A DNA stretch of 64,000 nucleotides from Microcoleus sp. (lineage in GTDB: Bacteria; Cyanobacteriota; Cyanobacteriia; Cyanobacteriales; Microcoleaceae): assembly GCA_052279835.1 (NCBI GenBank), contig CP181291.1:3264001-3328000 (forward strand), given 5' to 3'. Positions 8,091 through 18,040 of this stretch are shown here, piece after piece (position 1 is the stretch's first letter; every line of letters begins with the position of its first letter). The notes beneath the pieces are model-generated. The model had not been told where the DNA came from. It saw nothing but the letters and a program-made list of their open reading frames with translations, and did not search any database. A program made the translations under genes and the position numbers.

Positions 8091-10652
8091 ATGAATCAAG
8101 CAACGGGTGTAATTTTCTGTTTAGCTTACATTTTGGGATTGATTTCTACAGCGCTTCCTTGGGGTGGTTACGGTGTACTTTCCTTGGGAGTTGTTACGGC
8201 GATCGCCTTACCAAAATTTTTGCGAAAATTAACTCGAAAGGCTGTCAAAAATCCGAAAAAAAGACGCAGCCGAACTAGCAAAAATTCTAGTGATTCTTCC
8301 TTAGAAAAAACGGAATCATTGAATTTTTATCAAATGCTGCCCAAGTCAAAATGGGTATGGTTCCTCGCAGGTTTGACGGGATTTCTCGCTAGCTTTTATG
8401 TTCAAATTCGATCGCCAGTACCAGGCATTAATGACATCAGCAAACTGATTCCGGCTGGTGGCAATACTCAAGAAATCGCCGTGACAGTGCGCGGTAGAGT
8501 TGTCAGTACGCCACGGTTGACTCGATCGGGACGATCGCAATTTTGGCTAGATACCAATCTAGTTAGCGAAATCAACGGTGGCGAGGGAGGAGTAGTCGTA
8601 AATCGGGAAGTATCCGGTCAACTTTACGTCACAGTACCTTTGTTGCAAGCCACAGGTTTGTACGAAGACAATACGATCGCCGTGGTGGGCTCTTTGTACA
8701 AACCGCAGCGGCCATCAAATCCAGGGGCTTTTGATTTTGAAGCATATTTAGCCAGATCGGGGGCTTTTGCAGGTCTCAAAGGAAGCCAAATTGACTGGAA
8801 GAGAGAAAATGCGATCGCTGATGTTAATGGAAGTGAGAACCAAGCTGCTAGTTTTTCCGAGTCCAGCGCCATGCCCCAATCACACATTCAAGCCATGCGA
8901 CAACGGATTGTGCGATCGCAACTATTTCACTTGAATGTTCCTGAAGGCACCTTAATTAGTGCGATCGCCCTCGGCAAGCAAGCAGTAGATTTACCTTATA
9001 ACATCCGCGACTATTTTGTGCAAGTTGGATTAGCCCATGCGATCGCAGCTTCCGGGACTCAAGTTTCGATGGTTTTAGCTTTAGTTCTGGCTTTGACCAG
9101 GCGTTTTTCCAAACAGTTGCAGTTTAGTTTTGGAGTCGGCGCTTTATTTTTGCTAGTGGGATTAACAGGCTTTGAAGCTTCAGTCTGTCGCGCGGCTTTA
9201 ATGGGATTTGGAACATTATTTGCTTTGCTGCTGAAGCGAGAAGTTAAGCCTCTGGGATTGCTGTTAATCGCTGCGATAATTTTACTGCTAGTTAATCCTT
9301 TGTGGATTTGGGATTTAGGTTTTCAACTCAGTTTTTTAGCAACTTTGGGATTGATAGTCACCACACCACCGCTGATGGCAAAGTTGGACTGGATGCCACC
9401 GGCTATCGCTTCTATTTTTGTGGTTCCCATCGCTGCTTCAGTTTGGGTATTACCCTTGCTACTTTACGTTTTTAATGTGGTATCTCCCTACAGTATTTTA
9501 GTCAATATTATTGCAGCTCCTTTACTCTGGATTTTGAGTATTGGGGGAATGATTAGTGCATTAGCTGGATTGATTTTTCCACCGGCTGGTAGTGGGTTAG
9601 CGCAACTGCTAGAGTATCCTGCAAAAGGGTTAATTGCGATCGCTCAATATTTCTCCCAGTTACCGGGTAATTCGGTAGCTGTCGGCCAAGTATCCCAGTT
9701 GCAGCTAATCGCACTTTACAGTTTAATTTGCTGGGTTTGGCTGGGGAGAAAGTCAACCCCCCCCCAAGGAAGAGAAGAACCCGCACCTACCGCCCCCAAG
9801 AGGGGAAGCATGAAGGGAAAAAGCACAGTTGTTTCGCTGCCAATTTTTTCATCAGCCTCAATTTTACCCCTGGCTATTGTGGCGGGAATTAGCATCATAG
9901 TTTTACCAGCTTGGCACAGTCAATTATCTTTATTTCAAGTTACTTTGCTGGCGACATCGAGGGAACCTGTTTTGGTAATACAAGAACGGGGAAAAGTATC
10001 ACTAATTAATAGCGGTGATGACAATACAGTCCGGTTTATAGTATTGCCTTTCTTGCAGCAACAAGGTATCAATTCTGTGAATTTTGCGATCGCCACCCAT
10101 CCTCATTTAGGTTTAAACGCAGGTTGGGGAAAATTATTAGAACGCTTGCCAATTCAAACATTCTATGATAACACATCTCCCAAACAAATTAACTATGCCA
10201 GCGGTCAAGAATTGATGACTGCGGTGCAATCTCGCCAAGGAGTTTACTTTCCTTTAGAAACTAACAGCACCATTAATCTGGGCTCTGTGCAGTTGCAGTT
10301 TGTGAATGCAGAAATCCCGGTTGTAGAACTGCTGGTGGGTGGACGAACTTGGTTGCTGCTGGGTGAAATAGCACCAGAAGCCCAAAAAAAATTGGTAGCA
10401 ACGGGAAGTTTGAAGCCAGCTCAAGTGCTGTGGTGGTCGGGGAAAACCCTGACACCGGAGTTATTAACGGCGATTGGGCCAAAAGTGGCGATCGCCGCTG
10501 CTGACGAAATTGACCCGGAAACGGCCGCACAACTTCAAAAAACCAAAACCCAAATTTTTTGGACGGGACGGGATGGAGCCTTGCTGTGGACACCCGCAGG
10601 GGGATTTAAGACCACCCTGGAGTCGCAAGAAAATCAAACTTCTGTTTTGTAG
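8091..10652 (+). CDS. comEC: ComEC/Rec2 competence channel protein
   Basis: NPGAFDF, GLAHAIAASG, SVCRA, GFQLSFLAT, degenerate C-terminal MBL domain. Confidence 0.9.
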   Translation: MNQATGVIFCLAYILGLISTALPWGGYGVLSLGVVTAIALPKFLRKLTRKAVKNPKKRRSRTSKNSSDSSLEKTESLNFYQMLPKSKWVWFLAGLTGFLASFYVQIRSPVPGINDISKLIPAGGNTQEIAVTVRGRVVSTPRLTRSGRSQFWLDTNLVSEINGGEGGVVVNREVSGQLYVTVPLLQATGLYEDNTIAVVGSLYKPQRPSNPGAFDFEAYLARSGAFAGLKGSQIDWKRENAIADVNGSENQAASFSESSAMPQSHIQAMRQRIVRSQLFHLNVPEGTLISAIALGKQAVDLPYNIRDYFVQVGLAHAIAASGTQVSMVLALVLALTRRFSKQLQFSFGVGALFLLVGLTGFEASVCRAALMGFGTLFALLLKREVKPLGLLLIAAIILLLVNPLWIWDLGFQLSFLATLGLIVTTPPLMAKLDWMPPAIASIFVVPIAASVWVLPLLLYVFNVVSPYSILVNIIAAPLLWILSIGGMISALAGLIFPPAGSGLAQLLEYPAKGLIAIAQYFSQLPGNSVAVGQVSQLQLIALYSLICWVWLGRKSTPPQGREEPAPTAPKRGSMKGKSTVVSLPIFSSASILPLAIVAGISIIVLPAWHSQLSLFQVTLLATSREPVLVIQERGKVSLINSGDDNTVRFIVLPFLQQQGINSVNFAIATHPHLGLNAGWGKLLERLPIQTFYDNTSPKQINYASGQELMTAVQSRQGVYFPLETNSTINLGSVQLQFVNAEIPVVELLVGGRTWLLLGEIAPEAQKKLVATGSLKPAQVLWWSGKTLTPELLTAIGPKVAIAAADEIDPETAAQLQKTKTQIFWTGRDGALLWTPAGGFKTTLESQENQTSVL

Positions 10653-10829
10653 AGATGGGCAAATGCGGCGCGTGGTGCGTTAAGATACAAAATACTCAAG
10701 GTCTCAACAAAATTTGCGGCCCCATCGCCTAAATCGGCGATCGCCAAATTAGCGTCGCAACTACAACCTGAAGTTTTTGGTTGATTTTTACCTCGCGTTA
10801 TGCAATTATTGTAGAGTAGCCAACCAATT

Positions 10830-10916
10830 GGAGAGGTGGCAGAGCGGTTGAATGCGGTAGACTCGAAATCTACTTTAGGGGTGACTCTAACGTGGGTTCA
10901 AATCCCACCCTCTCCG
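10830..10916 (+). tRNA. tRNA-Ser (anticodon CGA)
   Basis: GGAGAGG/CCTCTCC acceptor stem, GTAGA-CTCGAAA-TCTAC anticodon arm, long variable arm, GGTTCAAATCC T-loop. Confidence 0.96.
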
Positions 10917-11096
10917 TACATTTCTTACTCCACAATGCTTTGATGCTATCAGTATCTTTAGCCAAAGGTGCAGTTTTATAGCCAGTGGTATATGTAAGTG
11001 GTATATGTACCACTCCGGTATATACCACTTTTTGTTTTAACTTCACCCCATCAAGGGGGCGATCGGTCAGGACAAAAGCATTTCTAAAACAGGACT

Positions 11097-11242
11097 TATA
11101 CCAATTTCATAAATATTTGCTACAGATGCAGTTCAAAGATCCCATTACTAAGCGGAGTTGGGAGGGAGTTATGTAGCGCTACTTTATGAAATTGGGGTTA
11201 GGGGGGATCGGATTCTATGCAGCCTCATAAAAAATTGGTATT
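11097..11242. repeat. Degenerate MITE-like repeat
   Basis: Terminal inverted repeat ATACCAATTT...AAATTGGTAT with internal G/C-rich remnants. Confidence 0.55.
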
Positions 11243-11244
11243 AC

Positions 11245-12075
11245 TCATTCACAAATTAAAGTAATTACTGTCACTTCCGGCGGACAAAATAGCCTTCCGG
11301 GTGCATAGGTTCCCAAACCGCGATTCACGTATAGTAAATTATTCCCCACCCGATGTAAACCACTGGCCCATTCCCAGTGAGTAACTACTCGATCGTCAAT
11401 GGATAAAAAAGGCATCCAATTACGTACCCATTGAGGAATAGCAGAGGTAATTTTTTTTAGCCAAGCATACACAGGGCCAATACCGGGAATCACTATTTGA
11501 CCACCGTGGGTATGTCCCGAAAACTGCAAATCAATCCGGTATCCTTGCAGCTTTTCCGCAGTATCAGGATTGTGAGACAAGACAATCCGAGGGATGGATA
11601 GATCGACTGATGTCATTACAGGTTCAGGTTGAAAATCCCCAGACCAAAAATCCGCCAACCCAATTAAAGCTAAATTTTCTCCCAAAGGATAGGTAGCTTC
11701 ATTGTACAAAACCCGAATTCCCGCGTTATTTAAAGCATTAGTAACCTCTATTTTACCTCCCGGCCAATAGTGGTCGTGATTGCCTAAAACAGCATAAATT
11801 CCCACCCGACTTTGCAAGTTTTTTAATCGTTGCACTAAGTCGTGAATCGGGGCAGTTTCCAGAGTGACAAAATCCCCGGTTAAGAAAATCAAGTCTGCTT
11901 CCGCTTCATTTGCCGCAGCGATCGCCTCGAATAGTAAACCTTCCGACAGCCGCACCCCGTCATAGTGAAAATCAGTCAGTTGTACCAGTTTAGTACCCGA
12001 TAGATTTGCTGGAAGATTGGCGATCGGTATGGTTAAATGTTCTACCCGCAGTTTCCCAGTTAATAACCTGTGCAT
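11245..12075 (-). CDS. Metallophosphoesterase (YkuE-like)
   Basis: DFH, TGDF, GNHD, SHNPD, SGHTHGGQ, YVNRGLG. Confidence 0.92.
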   Translation of the reverse strand: MHRLLTGKLRVEHLTIPIANLPANLSGTKLVQLTDFHYDGVRLSEGLLFEAIAAANEAEADLIFLTGDFVTLETAPIHDLVQRLKNLQSRVGIYAVLGNHDHYWPGGKIEVTNALNNAGIRVLYNEATYPLGENLALIGLADFWSGDFQPEPVMTSVDLSIPRIVLSHNPDTAEKLQGYRIDLQFSGHTHGGQIVIPGIGPVYAWLKKITSAIPQWVRNWMPFLSIDDRVVTHWEWASGLHRVGNNLLYVNRGLGTYAPGRLFCPPEVTVITLICE

Positions 12076-12169
12076 AAATCTAAGGTTTATTGACAGAGTG
12101 CAATTTCTAGCTTAGCAAATAAACCGCCCAAATCGCCCAACTATATTTAATGACCTCTTTTCTGATTCC

Positions 12170-12273
12170 TATAGCAATCCTAAATCATTTATGAACTTCT
12201 TACTCCCTCCCCGCGAGTTCGGGGAGGGTTGGGGAGGGGTTAAAAATTTGTGACTCCTGCAAGGATTGCTATA
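12170..12273. mobile_element. MITE-like element
   Basis: Perfect TIR TATAGCAATCCT...AGGATTGCTATA around the palindrome CCTCCCCG...CGGGGAGG. Confidence 0.7.
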
Positions 12274-12279
12274 TTTACT

Positions 12280-13698
12280 TCATTTTTGATAAATCACTTC
12301 AAAAGTTTTTACAGCTTTCTTCTTACCTTTAACTATCACTTGACCCATCTCTTTAAACTCAAACATATCTTTAGTAGCGCTATACACACTATCGCTAACC
12401 AAAATTTGTTTTCCCTTAGCAATGGACTGCAACCTAGAGGCAATATTCACCTCATCCCCGATCGCAGTATAATCCATGTGCTGCGGCGAACCAATATTTC
12501 CCACAACCACCTCACCCGCACTAATACCAATACCTGTGAGAAAGTTATCCTTAATCCAAGGAATCGAAATTTCTTCAATCCGACGCTGCATATCGATCGC
12601 AGTTTCGATCGCTTTCCGTTCTCGATCGGCAACTTCCGAAGGAGCACCGAACATTGCCACAATCATATCTCCCACAAACTTATTTACCGTACCTTGTTTA
12701 CTAAAAATTACCTCTACCATCTGGGTAAAATATTCATTTAAATAGAGCACTATCTTTTCAGCCGGAAGTTCTTCGCACTTCGTAGTAAAATCTCTAATAT
12801 CCGAAAAAAGCACCGTAATATTTCGCTTGGTTGGACTCAGAGAAATTTCTCCTTTAGCTTCGATAACTGCTTGAACGACGTGGGGAGAAAGATATCTTTC
12901 CAAATTATTCTTAATCCGTTCTTCCTTCAATTTACTTTCATGCAATAGCGCATTCTCGATCGCCGCTGCTGCTTGGGAAGCCAAAGCAGTCAACAGTTTT
13001 AAATCCTGTGCTGTATAGTTAACCAGTTGATTATTGCTAACATTGATGACACCAATCGTGCCGTTTTGTGTAGTTAAAGGAGCGCAAATGAGAGAACGCA
13101 GCTCGTTGTTTCCCCTAACATATCTGGGATCGGAAAGCACATCATTGACTATTTCCGCTTTTCCCGAAACGAGAATGTGACCTGCTATCCCCACATTGGG
13201 TCCAATTTTTGTTTTGCTATTATACTTTTTTCCCCTGGCTGAAATCACCTCTAATTTCCCAATTTTATGATTGACTAACATCAGCGAAATATTGGTAGCG
13301 TCAATCAATTTTTTGGCTTCTGTTACCACTAAATCAGTGACTTCAGAGACTCCTAAACAAGTTGAAATTTTGCTAGAAAAATCATACAAAAAATTCACTT
13401 CTTCGTATTTTTCCAAAGTATCCATAGCCAAAATTCTTGTATCCGAATCAGCTTGAGCAGCATAGCCAATCAAATCAGCAATGAATTTTGCTTTTTGAGA
13501 GCCTGTGACATAACCAATTACTTCGTCGGCTAGCACCACAGGGTATTTGTATAAGCATGGATGAGCGTCTTCACCCAATAAAATAACTCCCTCAATATTA
13601 CGAATTGCGATCGGAGCATCTAGAGCAGAAATAGCGCCCTTAATAACTGCCTGAAAATCTTTTTTAGCAATCAATTTTTTCAGATTGATACGAACCAT
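12280..13698 (-). CDS. GAF-domain class III adenylate cyclase
   Basis: VLFSDIRDFT, NKFVGD, DYTAIGDEVNIASRL (K/T specificity residues of adenylyl cyclases), preceded by a GAF domain. Confidence 0.9.
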   Translation of the reverse strand: MVRINLKKLIAKKDFQAVIKGAISALDAPIAIRNIEGVILLGEDAHPCLYKYPVVLADEVIGYVTGSQKAKFIADLIGYAAQADSDTRILAMDTLEKYEEVNFLYDFSSKISTCLGVSEVTDLVVTEAKKLIDATNISLMLVNHKIGKLEVISARGKKYNSKTKIGPNVGIAGHILVSGKAEIVNDVLSDPRYVRGNNELRSLICAPLTTQNGTIGVINVSNNQLVNYTAQDLKLLTALASQAAAAIENALLHESKLKEERIKNNLERYLSPHVVQAVIEAKGEISLSPTKRNITVLFSDIRDFTTKCEELPAEKIVLYLNEYFTQMVEVIFSKQGTVNKFVGDMIVAMFGAPSEVADRERKAIETAIDMQRRIEEISIPWIKDNFLTGIGISAGEVVVGNIGSPQHMDYTAIGDEVNIASRLQSIAKGKQILVSDSVYSATKDMFEFKEMGQVIVKGKKKAVKTFEVIYQK

Positions 13699-13813
13699 TA
13701 ATTTTGCTATTTAGTTAGGAGTATTCTTTCGTGATTTATTTTTAAAGTTGTCACTCACTCTCCCAAAAATAATTAATAAAGGCAGAGCAATGTTGCAGAT
13801 ATCTGTAAGTGTG

Positions 13814-14200
13814 TCAAGTCAAACCGAGAACTTCTCTAGCTTTTTGCAAGACTTCTTTCGGGCGGAAAGGTTTAGTCATGTAAAGATTTGCCCCCACAGC
13901 CATACCACTTTGTTTATCATATTCTTGCCCCTTGGCTGTCAACATAATAATATAAACATCATCCATTTTTAGCTCATTTTTAACAGTGTTGCATACTTCT
14001 AGTCCGCTCATTTTCGGCATCATGACATCGAGAAAAACTAAATCAGGCTTTTCTTCCTGGATCAGTTCCAGTGCTTCCAGTCCATTTTTAGCCGTGATTA
14101 ATTCTACGTCATCCTCATCTTCCAACTTTTCCAGAGCCTGCTCCATCAAAATCAGAATATTCGGTTCATCATCTACAATTAAAACTTTTTTAACTGCCAT
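13814..14200 (-). CDS. Single-domain response regulator
   Basis: LIVDD, LDVMMP, LTA, TKPF. Confidence 0.93.
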   Translation of the reverse strand: MAVKKVLIVDDEPNILILMEQALEKLEDEDDVELITAKNGLEALELIQEEKPDLVFLDVMMPKMSGLEVCNTVKNELKMDDVYIIMLTAKGQEYDKQSGMAVGANLYMTKPFRPKEVLQKAREVLGLT

Positions 14201-14314
14201 TTTTCCTCAATATGTTTCAGTAAGTTGTTCAGATTTAATCTGGAAATTTAAGGATTTTCAGAAAGTAGATTTCTGTAGTCAATCCTAATCTAGCGTCGAT
14301 ATTTTTTAAATTTT

Positions 14315-15007
14315 CTAGGTGTTGTTGTTTGGTTGATCTACTTTTTTAGGTAGGGTATTTACTGCCATATTTCCCATAAAAATCAAGGAAACATTTTCCA
14401 AGCCATCAGTCAGGCGCAAAGTTTTGACAAGTTCTTTTTCTTGAGATAATACTTCATCAATAATAATCAAATTTGGCTTCCTTGATATAGCTAGACCCAG
14501 ACACTCTTCAGCATTATAGGCTTTGATGACATTATATCCTTGAAAGACCAAAGCATCCGAGACTGTTTTCAGATTTGAAGGATTGCGATCTACCACCAAT
14601 ACAGTCTTGTTAGAGATAGTGGGATTTAGCAGCAAGCCAATTTCTCTCAATAGTCTTCCTACGTTGATAGGTTTGGTAAAATAGCTGTCGATTCCCAAGC
14701 GAGCGCCCCTTTCGAGATCGTGAATCAAAGAAACTATGATAATGGGAATACCCATAGTCTGGGGGTCATGTTTGAGAACAGCAGCGACATCAAAACCATC
14801 TATATGTGGCATCATTATATCTAAAATAATCAGATCTGGTTTCACTGATTTTGCCTGAGAAATAGCATCGATGCCATTAAACGCTTCCGTAACTTCATAT
14901 CCTTCTTCTTCCAGTGACTGTCGGAGCAGTTCCCGGATGTTAGGCTCGTCGTCAACAACGAGAATCTGCTTGACTTCTTTAGTATTTGTCGCAGTTTCTG
15001 CTGACAA
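14315..15007 (-). CDS. Tandem receiver domains; probably the frameshifted C-terminus of the upstream kinase
   Basis: VVDDEP...LDIMMP...TKP plus a second degenerate REC; only a TTG start, overlapping the kinase end. Confidence 0.75.
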   Translation of the reverse strand: MSAETATNTKEVKQILVVDDEPNIRELLRQSLEEEGYEVTEAFNGIDAISQAKSVKPDLIILDIMMPHIDGFDVAAVLKHDPQTMGIPIIIVSLIHDLERGARLGIDSYFTKPINVGRLLREIGLLLNPTISNKTVLVVDRNPSNLKTVSDALVFQGYNVIKAYNAEECLGLAISRKPNLIIIDEVLSQEKELVKTLRLTDGLENVSLIFMGNMAVNTLPKKVDQPNNNT

Positions 15008-17945
15008 CCTGATGTTTTAATTGTGAGATTAAATCATTGAAATTTTCCCAGTTCTCTACAGGTGGAACATTGTTTACGATCGGTATACTAAAGGAAAAAG
15101 TGCTGCCGCGACCAACTTCACTTTCTAGCCAAATTCTACCGCCGTGATGTTCAATAATTTGTTTGGAAATTGGCAGCCCCAAGCCTGTACCTTTCGGCTT
15201 TTGGGTCAGGATATCTCCCACTTGTTTAAATCTTTCAAAAACTTTGCTTTGGTCTTCTGGTGCAATACCTATGCCAGTATCTATAATACTAATAACTATC
15301 TCATCATTCTCTACTCTTGCTTTGCAAGTGACGGAACCTGATTGGGTGAACTTTACGGCATTCGAGAGCAAATTGATAGATACTTGAACCATGCGATCGC
15401 GGTCAACTAATACCTGGGGAAGTCCCGGCTTAAAATCCTTAATCAATTTCAAATTATTTTTTTCTAATAAAGATGAAGTAGCGGCGATCGCCTGTTTTAA
15501 TATTTGCACTGGATCGGTGGGTCGCAACTGCCAATCTACTCTGCCCGCCTCCATCTTCGCAATATCCAAAACATCATTAATCAAAGATGTCAGTCGCTCA
15601 GCTTCTGAGACAATAATATTGATATTATCTCCCACTTTGTGCAAAGCTTTTTTGGTTTTTTTGTCTTCGATAGGTATGGCCGGAAAAATCACATCTTCTA
15701 GTTTTTCTTTGATGATTGAAGCAAAACCCAACACAGAGGTTAGAGGTGTCCGCAGTTCGTGAGAAACTGTAGCCAAAAAGTCGGTTTTCATCCGGTCAAC
15801 TTCTCGTTCAACGGTGACATCCCTAATCAAAATAACCGAACCAAGGGAGTGATCTACTTCATCGTTCACAGCTTCTTTGAGAATATTGGTTGCCAAAGCT
15901 TGACCGATTCGGTTATTTCCCAGTTCCACCTCAAGGGTCACAATTTCTCCCTCATTGCGTTCCGCTTCATCAGCCAGCTTAGCCAAGTTTTTAGCAAAAA
16001 TATCAGAGACTTTTTTGCCTTTCAACTCCACATCTTTTAATTCAAACAGTGCGAGGAGAGCTGGATTAAACCTAGTAATTTTACCCTCTATATCTGTGAC
16101 TAATAATCCGTCAGCCAAGTTGTCAACAATCGCATTCAAATCTGCCAAAGTTGTCTGCAATTCCCAGGACTGCTTTTTAGTTTGATCTAGCAATTCTGCT
16201 TGGTGCATGGCTACTCCCAATTGACTGCCAATCTGAGCCAGCAACCTGACTTCTCCAGGTTCCCACTGACGAGAAGTTGAGTTTTGATAAGCTGCTAGCA
16301 AACCCCACAGATTTTTACCTACAAAAACTGGGGCGACACAATATGCTTTGGCTTCAATTTGCTCTAGAATTTCTAGGTGACACTGAGAGTGGCCAATTTT
16401 GTAGATGTCATTTACTACAAAAATCTCCTGATTGCGATACCTACCTCCCTGAGTATTTTGCAAGTATTCATCTTGCCAGACGGTTTTAATTTTTTCAGTT
16501 ACTAAAGATATCCAGCCTTCGGCTACGGACTCCGAGACAAACTCCCCACTCCAGTCAGGAAAGAAACGGTAAACTGCTACGCGATCGCAGTTGAGGATTT
16601 GGCGAACTTCTTGAGTAGTAGCACTGAAAATTTTGTCAATATTTAGGGTTTGACGAATCCTTTCAATTACTCTGGCTAATGTCCGCTCCTGTTCGGCTGC
16701 TTTTGCCTGCTGTTTAGCTTGAAATTGAATTTTTTCTAGGTATTCTAACTGCTGTAATGCCACTCCCAAATGGGTAGCAATTTGAGTCAGTAATTTGACT
16801 TCATTTTCTTCCCAATGTCGCGGACCACTGTGTTGAAATGCACTCAGCAATCCCCAAAGTTTTTCTCCTTTAAAAATAGCAACTACGGCACAGGATTTAA
16901 CACCAAAATATTCTAAAGCTTCGATGTGGCACTCACTTTGACCGGCGTTGTAGATATCGTCAGCGATAAAAATTTCGGCATTGCGGAATCTGCCTCCTTT
17001 GTGTTCGTTTAAGTAAGGGTCTTCCCAACCACTGCCTACCAATTTTGGCCATTCCCCAGATTCAGATTCAAAGATAAAGTCACCGAAATAGTCTTCGCGA
17101 AATTGATAAATAGCAATGCGATCGACATTCAACAGTTTTCGCACCTCTGTGGCTGCTGTCTGGAAAATTATTTCGATCTCTAAGGTTTGGCGAATCTTGT
17201 CAATCATGCGAGTGATGGCTCGTTCTCGCTCTGCTTCCTTAACTAACTCTTCAGTCCGTTTTTGCAATTGCACCTCAAGAGTTGTCTGGAGTGCTGTTGA
17301 CCGCCTTTCAGCTTTTTCTAAAAGTTCTGCTTGCTGTATTGCTACTCCCAAATGAACTGAAATTTGAGTAACAAACTCAATTTCATCTTCCTGCCACTGG
17401 CGTGGACTACGACATTGGTGAATGCAGATTAATCCCCATAGTTGATTGCCTTTAATTAAAGGTACAATTAGATTGGCTTTGACTTGAAACCTGGAAAGAA
17501 TTGCAATATGGCAATCGCTCAATCCGGCGTTGTAAATATCAGTAACTGCCTGAATTTTTCCTTGTTGATAGTTGACTGCGTATTGTGTTCCAAAACAACG
17601 ATCGTGTACCTTGATGGCTTTGGCGGAGTCAAACTCCGGCAGCACGTCTTCTGAGACAAATTCCCCGTCGTCAAATCCTGAATTGGGGTCAAACTGAAAC
17701 ATTCCCACTCGATCGGCATTCAGAAGTTGCCGTACTTCTGTAGCGGTTGATTTTAAAATAATATCTAAATCTAGAGACTCGCGAATTTTGGTGACTACGG
17801 CAAACAGTGCTTTTTGTTTGGCAACTCTAGCGGACTCTTGTTTATCTGCCAGTTCTAGTTCCGCCAGCCGCCCTTTCAGGGTTGCGAGCTCTCTTGTGAG
17901 GGACTCATAAGCCTCGGCATCTAATTTTACGTATTTCTGTGACAT
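14979..17945 (-). CDS. Cyanobacteriochrome sensor histidine kinase (3 GAF, PAS, HisKA, HATPase)
   Basis: GAF1 DRCF...CH; GAF2 WEDPYL...CH; GAF3 WQDEYL...CH; SHELRTPL, NLLSNAVKF, DTGIGI, GTGLGL. Confidence 0.93.
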   Translation of the reverse strand: MSQKYVKLDAEAYESLTRELATLKGRLAELELADKQESARVAKQKALFAVVTKIRESLDLDIILKSTATEVRQLLNADRVGMFQFDPNSGFDDGEFVSEDVLPEFDSAKAIKVHDRCFGTQYAVNYQQGKIQAVTDIYNAGLSDCHIAILSRFQVKANLIVPLIKGNQLWGLICIHQCRSPRQWQEDEIEFVTQISVHLGVAIQQAELLEKAERRSTALQTTLEVQLQKRTEELVKEAERERAITRMIDKIRQTLEIEIIFQTAATEVRKLLNVDRIAIYQFREDYFGDFIFESESGEWPKLVGSGWEDPYLNEHKGGRFRNAEIFIADDIYNAGQSECHIEALEYFGVKSCAVVAIFKGEKLWGLLSAFQHSGPRHWEENEVKLLTQIATHLGVALQQLEYLEKIQFQAKQQAKAAEQERTLARVIERIRQTLNIDKIFSATTQEVRQILNCDRVAVYRFFPDWSGEFVSESVAEGWISLVTEKIKTVWQDEYLQNTQGGRYRNQEIFVVNDIYKIGHSQCHLEILEQIEAKAYCVAPVFVGKNLWGLLAAYQNSTSRQWEPGEVRLLAQIGSQLGVAMHQAELLDQTKKQSWELQTTLADLNAIVDNLADGLLVTDIEGKITRFNPALLALFELKDVELKGKKVSDIFAKNLAKLADEAERNEGEIVTLEVELGNNRIGQALATNILKEAVNDEVDHSLGSVILIRDVTVEREVDRMKTDFLATVSHELRTPLTSVLGFASIIKEKLEDVIFPAIPIEDKKTKKALHKVGDNINIIVSEAERLTSLINDVLDIAKMEAGRVDWQLRPTDPVQILKQAIAATSSLLEKNNLKLIKDFKPGLPQVLVDRDRMVQVSINLLSNAVKFTQSGSVTCKARVENDEIVISIIDTGIGIAPEDQSKVFERFKQVGDILTQKPKGTGLGLPISKQIIEHHGGRIWLESEVGRGSTFSFSIPIVNNVPPVENWENFNDLISQLKHQVVSRNCDKY

Positions 17946-17994
17946 GGCATTTACTTGTGTTGTGGTTGATTTATATAGTTTTTATAATTTTTAT

Positions 17995-18040
17995 AATTTT
18001 AAATTATAGATATAAACAATTTTAAATTATAGATATAAAC
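17995..18040. repeat. Perfect 23-bp tandem duplication upstream of the kinase
   Basis: AATTTTAAATTATAGATATAAAC x2. Confidence 0.85.
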
